Origin: Callorhinchus milii
Lineage: Eukaryota
NCBI RefSeq assembly: GCF_018977255.1
Contig: NW_024704742.1
Coordinates: 36,830,001-36,894,000, forward strand
Reading direction: 5' to 3'
DNA length: 64,000 bases
Both the position numbers and the translations under genes were made by a program. Below the pieces are notes generated by a model. It saw only the letters and a program-made list of their open reading frames with translations, made no database searches and was not told the DNA's origin. Of this stretch, positions 53,439-64,000 are shown piece after piece (position 1 is the stretch's first letter; every line of letters starts with the position of its first letter).

Positions 53439-55286
53439 ACAAATAGAATTAGAAAGCGACCTTTGTTGAAGTTATACAATTGACTGACTCTAAGATAAAA
53501 CATTAATATGCATAATTGAGTTTCGCTGGAAGTTTAGATGAGGGAATTAATTTGATAGTGTTAAATTACTTGTTAATCCTGATTCTCACTCAACAAAATC
53601 TCCATGTTATAATTACTGAGAAATAAACTGAAAAATACTTTTGTATTTAAAGAGGCATCAAAAAGCCTTTCAGCTATCTGTTCAATAGAAATTCATTGTG
53701 ATAATAATTGTAAATGTATTCAGCTTTTCAAATTGGAAATACCTGTATATATTTTAATTGGTTTATACTGTGTGTTATCACAGATGCCTATTTTATTTTA
53801 AATTCAATCTGAACCTTTATTTGCATTGTACAGTGCTATATTTGAATACATACCCAAATTAATCTTCAGATCAAATTATCCATGTACAAACTATGCTCTA
53901 TCAGCCCCATTTAATAATTGTATTAGACACACAAGCAGAACTAGCAATGGAGCCATGAGATTAAATGTCTTGCCCAAGAATGTGTTCTTGACCTTGCCAT
54001 CTGTCATTATTATTCTTTTCAGAGCTACAAATATTAGTCTGGAGGTTGGGAAGGAGGGGTTAATGCTTCGGGTATATTTTCTTATGTGTAGAAAAGTAGT
54101 GAACTTTCATCTTTTCTGCTGCTTGGGGAGGAGGGAGGGGTATAAGCAAAAGAGTCTTCTTTGTAGTCTAGCGAAAAGGATGACAATTATTGATGACTTT
54201 AGAGAGGCACTGAACTTGGTGCTGTATGATCTTGATTTATAGCTGGGCACCTTTAACTAACAACCACACTCAGGGTCAGCAATGACAGAGAAAAATGCCT
54301 GGTTGTCTTTAAATGGGAATTGTTTTCATGAAAAAGGGAAGGAAGAGAAAAAGCCATTCCCCAACCATTCACCGCTCACCATTGTCATCCTGGTGATGCC
54401 ATGGGTAGGTAAACATTGGTTCTTTCATTGTGATTTACATTATTACTATTATTATCATATTGTGTGCAAGGAAAGGAAAATATTTTGACAAACTTTTTTT
54501 CACAAAGTTAAGGCCCCTTTAACAACAACAACAAATTAAATTTGTATATCGCCTTTCACATCAGGAGGACGTCCCAAAGCGCTGAAATGTCACAGTATTG
54601 CAGTCCTGCTTTATGCAGGTCATTTTTCATTCTTCCTCATAAAACAGATGTTCTATTTTTTGAGAGGATTCACTGCAGTCATCTGTTAGTGCAAGTATAT
54701 CGTGTCTGCAATATTTTTTCACTTTGGGCTGTGATTTTCATTGTTTTGATCTGGGGTTTGATGGACTTACTGCTGTAAAGAGATGATGGCTGCTCTGTGA
54801 CAGGATCTGAATTGTTGTCTTTTGTGCTGCAACAGCAATGGGCCTTTCTGTGTTGCCCTGGTTTCCATAGGATGTATCATTTGCATAGAAGCATGCCAGG
54901 CTGGTTCCTACAGCTTTGCGTAACTAGGGACTGAAAGCTGATGGTTCAGCACCTGGAGAGAAGGGGTTACATTTATGATGAGCTTTCGTAGGAAGCTATT
55001 TGTCTGGTTGTTATGGGTTTGTTTGGAAAACTAATCTCTGGCAGGAACAGGAAGCAATGTGGGCACAATTGGGGAATTAATCAAGCACCTTTAAACTTAA
55101 CAGGATATTGGTGAAGACTGCTCTGTCTGCAGTGTTAGTTAATGGCGTGAGACTATACAGACATAATAATAATAATTGTTCATTTGATTTAACTCCTTAT
55201 GATGTTGTCGAATCGATTCAAAGTACGTCAGCTTTTCGAAAAGAGAAGGGAGTTTCTCCCAGAGTCCTGGCCAACAAGCCCCAAAT

Positions 55287-55452
55287 AAAATGCAAAATAC
55301 TGCAGATGCTGTTAGTCCTTAAAAGCCTCTCCCTCCCAACATGACCCAGTTCTGACGAAGGGTCGTAAACCCGAAACGTTGACTCACTTTCCTTTCTCCA
55401 TAGATGCTGCCTGACCTGCTGAGTGTTCCCAGCGACTTCTGTTTTTGTTTCA
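55287..55452 (+). mobile_element. Penelope-like repeat fragment nested in a Deu-type SINE
   Basis: 55317-55451 is the near reverse complement of 3842-3977; host SINE sequence resumes after 55452. Confidence 0.7.
55348..55384 (+). ncRNA. Minimal type-I hammerhead ribozyme motif (intact core)
   Basis: AGUU-CUGACGA-A-GGGU CGUAA ACCC-GAAA-CGUU-GACU; stem I AGUU/GACU; stem II GGGU/ACCC; palindromic ACGU stem III; putative cleavage after 55380. Confidence 0.72.
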
Positions 55453-55719
55453 AACCCCTAAATTAGATTGGTCATTCGCTTCATGGCTGTTTGTTGGATA
55501 TTGATGTGCACAAGTTGGCTGTTGTGTTTGCCTGTAAATATACAGTCACTACACTTTATAGTAAAAATTCCAAAGCATTTTGAGACATTTTGACAATGTG
55601 ATAAGCTGTTATATCAAATACAAGGAGTATTATTATTATTTCTACTGAGTGTTTGTAGGCAAATGCAGCAGCCAATGTGCATACAATAGTGTCCTGAAGA
55701 CAGGCATGAAGTGAATTTA

Positions 55720-56000
55720 AAAAATCCTTGCATTAATATCATGCCTTTCAAGTCAGGATGACGTCTCAAAGCTCTTCACGGGATTTTACTGTAAAGTGTA
55801 GTGACTGTGCATTTTGTAGGTGAATTGTTGGTCAGGGCACCGAGAGAAACATCCTTCTCTTTTCGAATGGTACTGTGGGATCTTTAACATGCAACAGATT
55901 AGGCAGATGGGACCTTGGTTTAGTGTCTCATACGAAGGACAGCACCTCAGACAATGCTCTATTCCCTCAGTACTATACTAGAGTGTCAGCCTGGACTATG
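55720..56000 (-). mobile_element. Deu-domain SINE (family B)
   Basis: gggatctttaac...ggcagatgggaccttggttt...ccctcagtactatactagagtgtcagcctgga. Confidence 0.72.
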
Positions 56001-57219
56001 GATCAAAATATAGATGGGGGAGCCCGGAGAATAACATGAGAGTGTAGCCGTCCATCAGTTGTCGGAGCTTTCACCCTCTATCAGCTTGTTTCACACTTCA
56101 AGCTGGGTTCCCAGCTGATCTCAGAAGTGATAGACACATGCAAAGACATCAGATCTGTGGAAGAAATCTCTTGGCTCCTGCACTGCGGGGAGCAAGCAAT
56201 CATATTGTCACCCACTGAAATGATAACATTACATAGAATTACATATATTTGTATGACAGGAAGCTACAATGATAATTGACTTCTGTGAAAGCTTTGTCCA
56301 ACAAATCTATTGAGTGGGAGCATCAGAAAGACTTATAGAGGAAGAAAGGAGCAACTGAGACTTGACTGAGTTTATCTTATTGGGGGGAAGAGTTTCCCTC
56401 ACACCTTATAGTTTACATTTCTTATTAATTTGCCTTTACCAGGGCACAAGTGCTCAGACAGCCATTTGACTAATATGTGTAGAATACCTTGCTTCAGTTT
56501 GGATGTAGAGGTAGGATGGCTGTTGGTTATTTTTAATCTATTGGAAGACTGCATAAAGCACTACAGCAAACACACTATGATGTCAAGCCCATATGTTAGA
56601 TGAGAATCATAACCAACAGTTATTTTCAAGGACGCAGTTTTCACAGTTTACATTTCACAGTAATGTGAAAAAGAAGGGAATTGGGATTCAGAATGGTTAG
56701 CTCAAACGAATAAGGTGCCACCTGTTTAGGATGGAATGGCCAATTCCTGTACTGTAATTTCTCTGTTCCTTGTTCAATCATTGTTAAAAGTACAATTTAT
56801 AATGTTGAGTGCGGAGAAATGGCAGTAAAATAAAAATTGTATAACATCACCATTATGAAAGGACATTAGCAGCATAACTAATTTTCTTAAGCTTTAAATC
56901 TACCAAAGGGGAGGTGAGGGGTGTTGGGGGGAGTGTTAGGGTAGGAGGAGGGAGGAGAAATACGTGATGTGATGTGATAATTTCCCCCTTTGCTTTGACA
57001 CCATTGACTTTGTGAGGCGGAGATATTTATTATATCTCACCCTGGTTATAGCAGACTGCCTCTGATCGCTGGAGGGATTTGAAGCAGTGGGCACAACAAA
57101 TTATTTTTCAATTACTTGCATTTTTGACACATTAGCACAACCTGCCGCTTGGTTCACTGGTAGACACCCTGCTCCCATGTGACGCCCGATTCACTGATCC
57201 CGTGTGCTCTGTTTCACAG

Positions 57220-57307
57220 GGGACCATTTTCTTGCCTGGAAATAAAGTCACGGAGCATTCGTACAATGGAGATGAGGCGAGAAAGTTCCTTTTCGAGATT
57301 GTGGCAG
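57220..57307 (+). CDS. ARHGAP24: Next coding exon of ARHGAP24; C-terminal part of PH domain
   Basis: Translates GTIFLPGNKVTEHSYNGDEARKFLFEIVA(G), continuing in frame from ...RPL. Acceptor tgtttcacAG at 57218-57219; branch-like CTGAT at ~57194; GTAAGG donor at 57308; 88 nt, ends phase 1. Confidence 0.92.
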
Positions 57308-59861
57308 GTAAGGAAATGATTGGTTCTTGTGGATTCTGTTGCGCTGATGAAAGTCGCGTGGGAGGGAGGAGGTCATTGTTCCGTTCACCTTTGCTGATGC
57401 CAGCAAAGTATATTCATCCAGGAGGGGGAGGTTTAATGTCCTTTCCATTTGGGGGAGGTGGAGTTGGCTTGAAAGGTTGAATAACATTTGGATTGAGACC
57501 GAGAATTAAGACATTCCCTCTTTCCCAAGAGTTTGGAATGCCTGGCATCACAGCTGGGGGACAGCTTTGAAAACCACGGCAGCTGTGATACTATCTCAGC
57601 TGGTCAGCTGCAGAATCCGTGACTGAATTGCAAACAATGAATTTAAAGCAGAGCTGTGTTGCCTCAGATATTGTATATTTCCTCAAAGATGGTCCGCGAT
57701 ATATAAAACCACGTAATTCAGTTCACTGACCCCGAGTGAGAAATATCCTAATTGTTTCTACCTTCTAAAATGTTCCATTGAAATCAATTGAAGTCAGTTT
57801 ATTAGATGGGTTAAAGGAATCTCAATTTGTTTTTTGGACAGAACCGACCTGAGGTTTCAGCTGATTTGATTGAAATAGATTTTCCGCATTCAGAAGATAA
57901 TCCAAAACAAATAAATAAATCCTCAGTGTATTCTCCACTGAACATTGGTGAATTAATGGTCAAACATTTAAACCAGGAGGAGATCTGAGTCTGCTGTCCA
58001 GATGGACTCACAGTGTGGATGAAAGGATGAAATCTGAGGATGTTGCTAAATGCTGAATGTCAAAGAGACATTATTAGATCCTCAGAGGGATTGCAGGCAG
58101 ACGTATAGCTCTAGGAACAGGCTTTTATGACCATGTTACATTGGGCTATGTTGGTGGACGTAACAAGCTCATCTGATTGCAGGCATCAGATGTGAAGCTT
58201 TCGTTGAAGTATTGACAACAAAAAACAATCACTAGCTGTAGATAAGATTGGTGACATAATGGTATCATGGCACATCCCTTCCTGTATATTAATAACCAGT
58301 GCAGAATACTGGTCGGATTGTAACAAGTTACTAAATTTGCTGTCACAGCCAATGCATAACACATCTGTAATGTCAAACCGAATCGTTCAGGAACGTTTCC
58401 TGTTTAAAACGGAATGGCGTTGCTATTTCTTGCTCTGTCTTGATTCAAGCAAGTCTGCTGTACAATGTGTACACACAATTACCTGCAGAATGTAAAACTA
58501 GAACTGCTTATCCAAAATATGGGCAAGCAACAGCTGACATCGGCCACAGGTCTAGGGATTCCGGACCTCATTATTGGGATAAATTCCACCTTTGTCTAAT
58601 TTATTCTATTTATGCAGCATTTTTGAGCATTCAGAAGTTGACAAATTCTTAAATTCGCACTTTCGGTTATATTTCCTTGACAACCCTTCTCGGCTCCCAC
58701 CCTCAGCTCAGTTCCCAGATAATACTGTTTGGGATATCCTCCCAGCTTGAAAGGCGCTATATTAATGTAAATTTGTACTGTGTTGTAAATACAACCTTAA
58801 ATATGAAGCCATCTTTCAGTACATCTGTAAAGAATCTCAATTTGTGATTGGATGTTTTCCAGATTTACAGTTCTTTAAAATAGTATACTATACTTGAAAT
58901 GAGTGCAGTGGAATCTGGAGTCTGCCATTATGCTATTCGTAACTAAATGATTAAAGCTTTGGCCAAAATCACTCACCCTTCCACTGTTAGTGAATGGCAA
59001 AGCCTCTTTAACGCTTAAGCAGAATGGAGAATAGAAATATTTATACAGTGAAATCCACACATTTAATCATCTGACTTCTTCATTATGTGCCCTAATTTGT
59101 TTTGGGGAGAAGAAGTTAAGAGTGTAAATAATAAGTCTGAGCAGTAACTAGGCCAAGATACAACAAGAGGTGTAAGGGCTGGAGATAAAAGAAGAATAGT
59201 AGGCCTGAGAGAGAGGGAAGGTAGAGCTTAGATGGGGCGAGAGAAGGGAAGGCTGGTTGGAGAGAGAGAGAGGTAGAGATGGAGAGAAGTGCCAGGACTG
59301 AAGATAGAGGCAGAGATGCAGGGCTGGAGATAAAGGGAAATGCTAGCTCTGGAGATGGAAGGAGATGCGGGCAGGGTTGGAAATGGAGGGGGAGAAGGCC
59401 GAAATGGAGAGGAAGATGGCATGGTTGGAGGAGGAAGAGTTGGTGATGGAGAAAAGCTTAATAATGCTGCAAGTTTTTGTGTCATCAAATTGTTTGAAAC
59501 ACTTTGAGATGTTCCCCTGGTGGAAGAGGCACTACACTATATTAATGTAAATTGTTGCTTCATAAATGAAGCCAAATCTATAGGTTCACCTAAAAATACA
59601 CAATAATGACATTATTAGGCACTGTATTAAATGCAAGGATTATTAATATTATTATTATTGCCTGTGGCTCTAGTATTTGGTGTCCTGTCGCCAGTACAGA
59701 CATTGTGCTATGAAGTTGGGGGTAAGTCTTGCTTATCTGCTAAATCTAAATATCCACTGCCAAACCCCCTCCAACTGGCACATCAACGTTTCCTGCAGAA
59801 GATATATCCTTCCCCATACAAAATGTCAAGAAATAATATGCAGTGTATCACTATAGTTTCT

Positions 59862-60310
59862 AGTTCTGGCTCAGTTGGTACCACTCCCGTCTCTTGAGTC
59901 AGAAGGTTCAAACCTCACATCTTTGAACTCACAGTCTAAATTGACACTAGTACAGTGTTGGGAGTGAGTGTTCGGGGTGTGTTGCATTGTTGGAGATGGG
60001 GTAATTGAGATGAGACGATTAAACCGAGGTCCCATCTGCCTATTCAGTTAGATGTTAAAGATCCCATGGCACTGGTTGAAAAGAGAAGGGAGTTGATGTC
60101 CTGGCCAAAAATCTCCTGATGTCCTGGCCAAACATGCCTCAGAAAAAAATTACTCACTTCATGGCTGTTTGTGGGATATTGCTGTGTGCAATTGCCTGTT
60201 GAATTTGCTTCTAAGATACACAGTCACTAGATTTTGTAGTAAAGTATGTGAAGAGCTTTCAGATGAGTTGAATAATGTGATAAGGTGCAATATCAAATGC
60301 AAGGATTATT
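59862..60310 (+). mobile_element. Deu-domain SINE (family B), near full length
   Basis: tRNA-like head ggctcagttggt...gagtcagaaggttcaaa; Deu core; tail atcaaatgcaaggattatt. Confidence 0.78.
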
Positions 60311-60854
60311 TTTGTAAACATTCAGGTTTGACTGAAAAAGAATAAATTCTGAAATATTTGAGGACCTTGTGCTGTAGGTACTGTTCAACAGAACATTGTG
60401 CGCAAGAATATATGGCGGATTTTCTTCTCGAATCCTTTGAGCTGACCAGTTCCAGATGCTTTGATGAAGCACGTCCTGGCTATGTAAGCCAAGAAGTCTG
60501 TATTATTGCCAAGCTGTCATTTACAGTTGTCTTCCAGCTGTCTTCACTTGCCTGCTAGAGGTTATTATGCTGAGATTTAATTGCATATTGGCAGCGCTTC
60601 AACCCACTGTGTGAAACCTGTTGTTTTTGTTTATGGGGTAATATATTCCTTCAGCAGATGTAATTATTTAGGAGCAATTAAAGCTGCCGCTGGTGGCAAA
60701 ACAGAATTCCCACATTGTTCTGCCCTGAAGGTTTTAGCACAGTATCTTGGTTTGCTGCAATGCTTTTTTCTCTGGCCACGTATCTTTCTAATTGTCAAGG
60801 ACACATGGCCGCTGAATGTGCGTGACACACTTGTAATAGTTGCATATCTCAAAG

Positions 60855-61327
60855 TTGTCAGCTTGGTTCAGTTAGTACCATTCTCATCTCTGAGTCAGAA
60901 GGCTTTGGGTTCAAGCCCCACATTGTAACTTGGAACTAGGCTGACACTCCATTGCAGTATTGGAAGTACACTTGAAAGTAGATGGGAGTTTTTATCACCA
61001 TGTCTTGGTCAACAATACCCCAAATAAGATTGGTCATTCACTTCATGGCCCTTTGTGGGACATTACTGTGTGAAAATTAGCTACTGCATTCAGCTTTACA
61101 ATATCCAACATCAACAACAACTTGCATTTATGTAGCACCCTCCATGCCAGGCGGCATTCCAGGGCACTTAACAATGGTGAAGCCCGATGCCGAGCCAGAG
61201 GGGAGACAGTCACTACACAGACACTACGCTACATAGTCGTCATTACACTTCACAGTAAAATCCACTGAATGCTTTGAGATGTTTCAATAACATGATAAGG
61301 TACTACATCAAACGCAAGGATTATTAA
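60855..61327 (+). mobile_element. Deu-type SINE with internal deletion and a nested antisense L2 tail (~61107-61205)
   Basis: Head cttggttcagttagta...ctgagtcagaaggctttgggttcaagcccc; interrupted by caacaacaacttgcatttatgtagcacc; SINE tail resumes at ~61245. Confidence 0.68.
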
Positions 61328-64000
61328 TATTCCTAATTTTCTGTGTTTGCTATTCAAGGTGAGTGTTGTAATTGTAAATTCTGTTATTATTAAATTATTG
61401 TAGAAAGGGTTTCTGCTTTAGAACATTTGTTTTCCAAGGTTGATCTCCTTGATGAAAGGTGACCATTGCCCTCCACAGCCCAGGAAACATTTACAATCAA
61501 TCAGTCAGGTAGACCTGAGGCCTTGGGTTCAATTTAGCACAACAGTCTTACAACAGTGGCAATTTTATCTCATTAATTTTCCTCAAGTACTTCCAAATTG
61601 TCTTCTAGTGTTGTTGTGGACTTAGCTTTGAAAGTTATTTACATTACAGTCCTCTGTTCAATAAAAAGCTTCTAACTTCCCTGGGTTTTTCTTTTCATGG
61701 TAATCCTCAATTCATGCCCTTTTGTTAATGACTTGCCAACTAGTGGAAAGGGTCCTCTCTATTAAGACCAAATGGCTCGGACAGAGGGAGAGAGATCCGG
61801 TAGGAGAAGATATGGGAAGGAGCTAACAAGGTAAGAATAAACACCCTCTGTACACACAATATCAAGTGTGACCTGCAAATGAGTTTACAAGGTTGTATTG
61901 CAATCGAGAGCTTCATGACATTGTGCAGAAGTACAAAGTTTGTTATCCACAGTAGTTTATCCTTTAATCTCTCTGCTTCAGTGATTTCCTGGCTGCAGCT
62001 GTCTGGTCTTGTCTCTCTCTTCCTCTCACTCCTGTTTATAATCAGATTCTGATTCTTTAGAGTTCTCTATTCCTCTTTCCAATTCTATACTGCAGATGCT
62101 GATTCTTTGCCGTCCTCCTTTGAAATGATTTTTTACTTCTTCAAAAGAAAAGCACCTGCTCTCGCACCCAAATTGCACCACAAGGTATGGGGCAGTCCAC
62201 AATAGCATACAGGTGTAATCCCATATACATAGTTTCCCACATTCCAGGACTTTGTTTACAGCAGGTTTATCCATAACATTCCCAGGTAATGGTGGCCATT
62301 CCTTTCATTATGTTGCTTCTGGAGCTATCAGCCAGCTATCAGCCGCTGATATCTTGCTTTAGATGAAGATATTACATCTTTCCCTCAGTGTGTATGACTG
62401 TGAAAGCAGTGTCTCTCAGTAAACTCTTGATCGTGCATGTTAGTAACAGTGGAGTAACATTTGTCATTTTAAAGCATTCCTCATGTTACTTTGCACCGGT
62501 GTAGATGACCATCAGGTGGCAGTCCACACCTCCTCGTCCTCTTTCAGTTGATCAAATGTGATTGGATTGCCTCATGTGTAGAGAAACCTTGGCACAGATT
62601 TGATGGTCTGTTTCTGGACTGTAACATTCTACAGTTTTATGGAGTAAAGAAACAAAAGAAGCGTAATTGCAAATGCTGAACATCTTCCAACTGATTGTTC
62701 CTGAGTGTTGCAGACAGGTGAATCATTATGCCGATCACATTCCCTCCTTGAGACACTTTAGTGTTGAGTTAATATTTCAAGTCCCCTTGAATGTGCTCTG
62801 GCTGCTTGTCTGACAAAACAGAAACCATTTTAGAATATTATCTCAAATGCACTGACAGTTAACAACCTTTCTCGGTTTACTCTCCATTTAATCCATTTAC
62901 TGTCTAATGGGGGGGTGGGACAGTGAAGTGAATCTCTCAGGGCTCACAATCTCAACTTGTCTTACACTTACAGTTCAGCTGATAAGTAATAGTTTATCTC
63001 ATTAACTCTCCAAGGAATATGCATTGTAGCATCATTTCAGGAAAAGGATGCAATGATGTTTTGAAATAATTCAATCCCTCCAGAAATATTTGTGTAACAC
63101 TTTAGATTAGAGCAAATTCTGACATCTTGTGGAGATTATTCCCTCTGTTTATATGGCAATAAAATCCTCTTAAACTACTCCCCTGACAAACATTTCATTT
63201 CCTTCAGCCGCAATGCACTTTGAGATTCTTGCTCAGGTGATGCCCCGTCCTATTTATAGGATTGTTAATACCTTCTGAAGGATATACAAACAGAACCTTA
63301 TTTTAACATCTCACCCAAAGACAGCACAAACAGCAATGGCACGCTCTCCCAGTGCTCTATTGAGGTTTGCAGGTAGAATCGAGGTTTGCATTGCTGGCAA
63401 TGTTACATCGTGTTGCTGCAGTGATATGCCGGGCACTGAGTGATTGGACGTGGACTTGAGCCATAATTACCCACTTAGTGAGTTAGAGATCTGGGGGGTA
63501 TCCAGAATTGACCCTGAATAGAGACATGTAGAGCGAGGGGTGATCACATGAGTCTCCGTGGCACAGAATGGGTAATGATTGGGAAAGGAATTATTACATA
63601 ATTTCCAAATCAACCATAACTAACAGCACTGAGGACATGAACTGTTCTTTGCGTCATTGCCCAGGATGGAAGGTGTAACTACTGCCCCTTTTTTTGCTTT
63701 GTATGGGAAAAAAAGTGCACACTTCATTCCAGACATGACTTACCATTCAGCCAACCAAGCATCTGGTATTTATTGCTGGGTTTGTGGAGGAAACACCATC
63801 TGCTACCATTTGGCATGTCTTGGCCACTGGTGTATAAACTGGGTTATTGTCTTCTCTCTCACTAGAGGAGTTGGCACTGGGCCGCTGAGTCCGATGTCTG
63901 TGTAGAAAATGGAAGACCAGAGAACATGAGCTGAATTACTTTGAAGCATCTGATTCACTCACTAAAATGCATCTTTAGTCTCCCAGGGCTTCCAGACTGC

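Larger units (their letters stand above)
2306..57219 (+). other. ARHGAP24: 54.9-kb GT-AG intron between the two PH-domain exons
   Basis: GT at 2306, AG at 57218-57219; joining the exons gives a continuous PH domain with no missing residues. Confidence 0.88.

Noticed and set aside
59200..59450. Purine-rich tract with ORFs on both strands (similar tract at 4560-4790)
   Set aside because: Low-complexity, probably decayed antisense L2 sequence; ORFs are compositional artefacts.
62026..62274. Minus-strand 82-aa ORF as a nested antisense exon
   Set aside because: No recognisable homology or convincing acceptor; length is within chance expectation.
1..64000. CRISPR arrays, operons, rRNA or prokaryotic defence systems
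   Set aside because: No regularly spaced direct repeats or dense coding; spliceosomal exon/intron structure and LINE/SINE content indicate vertebrate DNA.

Overview
Eukaryotic (vertebrate) genomic DNA, not prokaryotic. It contains two + strand coding exons of a Rho GTPase-activating protein gene, best matching ARHGAP24/FilGAP (N-terminal PH domain): 2106-2305 (ATG at 2126) and 57220-57307, separated by a 54,914-bp intron. The rest is intronic and dense in retroposon remnants: L2 and CR1 LINE fragments, a tRNA-Ala-derived SINE family, Deu-domain SINEs, and LF-SINE-like and AmnSINE2-like relics. This repeat spectrum suggests a cartilaginous fish, possibly a chimaera (inference). Almost all ORFs in the supplied track are spurious or LINE-derived. 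Highlights: (1) minimal type-I hammerhead ribozyme motifs in a Penelope-like repeat, with near-complementary copies close to both ends of the long intron; (2) a candidate non-autonomous Helitron inside one copy of an old tandem duplication; (3) an unclassified ~0.9-1 kb repeat family with at least 10 fragments, including a fold-back pair; (4) several closely spaced inverted repeat pairs, one of which duplicated unique flank together with an L2 tail; (5) an internally deleted L2 joining the endonuclease region to the post-RT region. Repeat boundaries were read by eye and are approximate. Family names come from recalled consensus motifs, not database searches.
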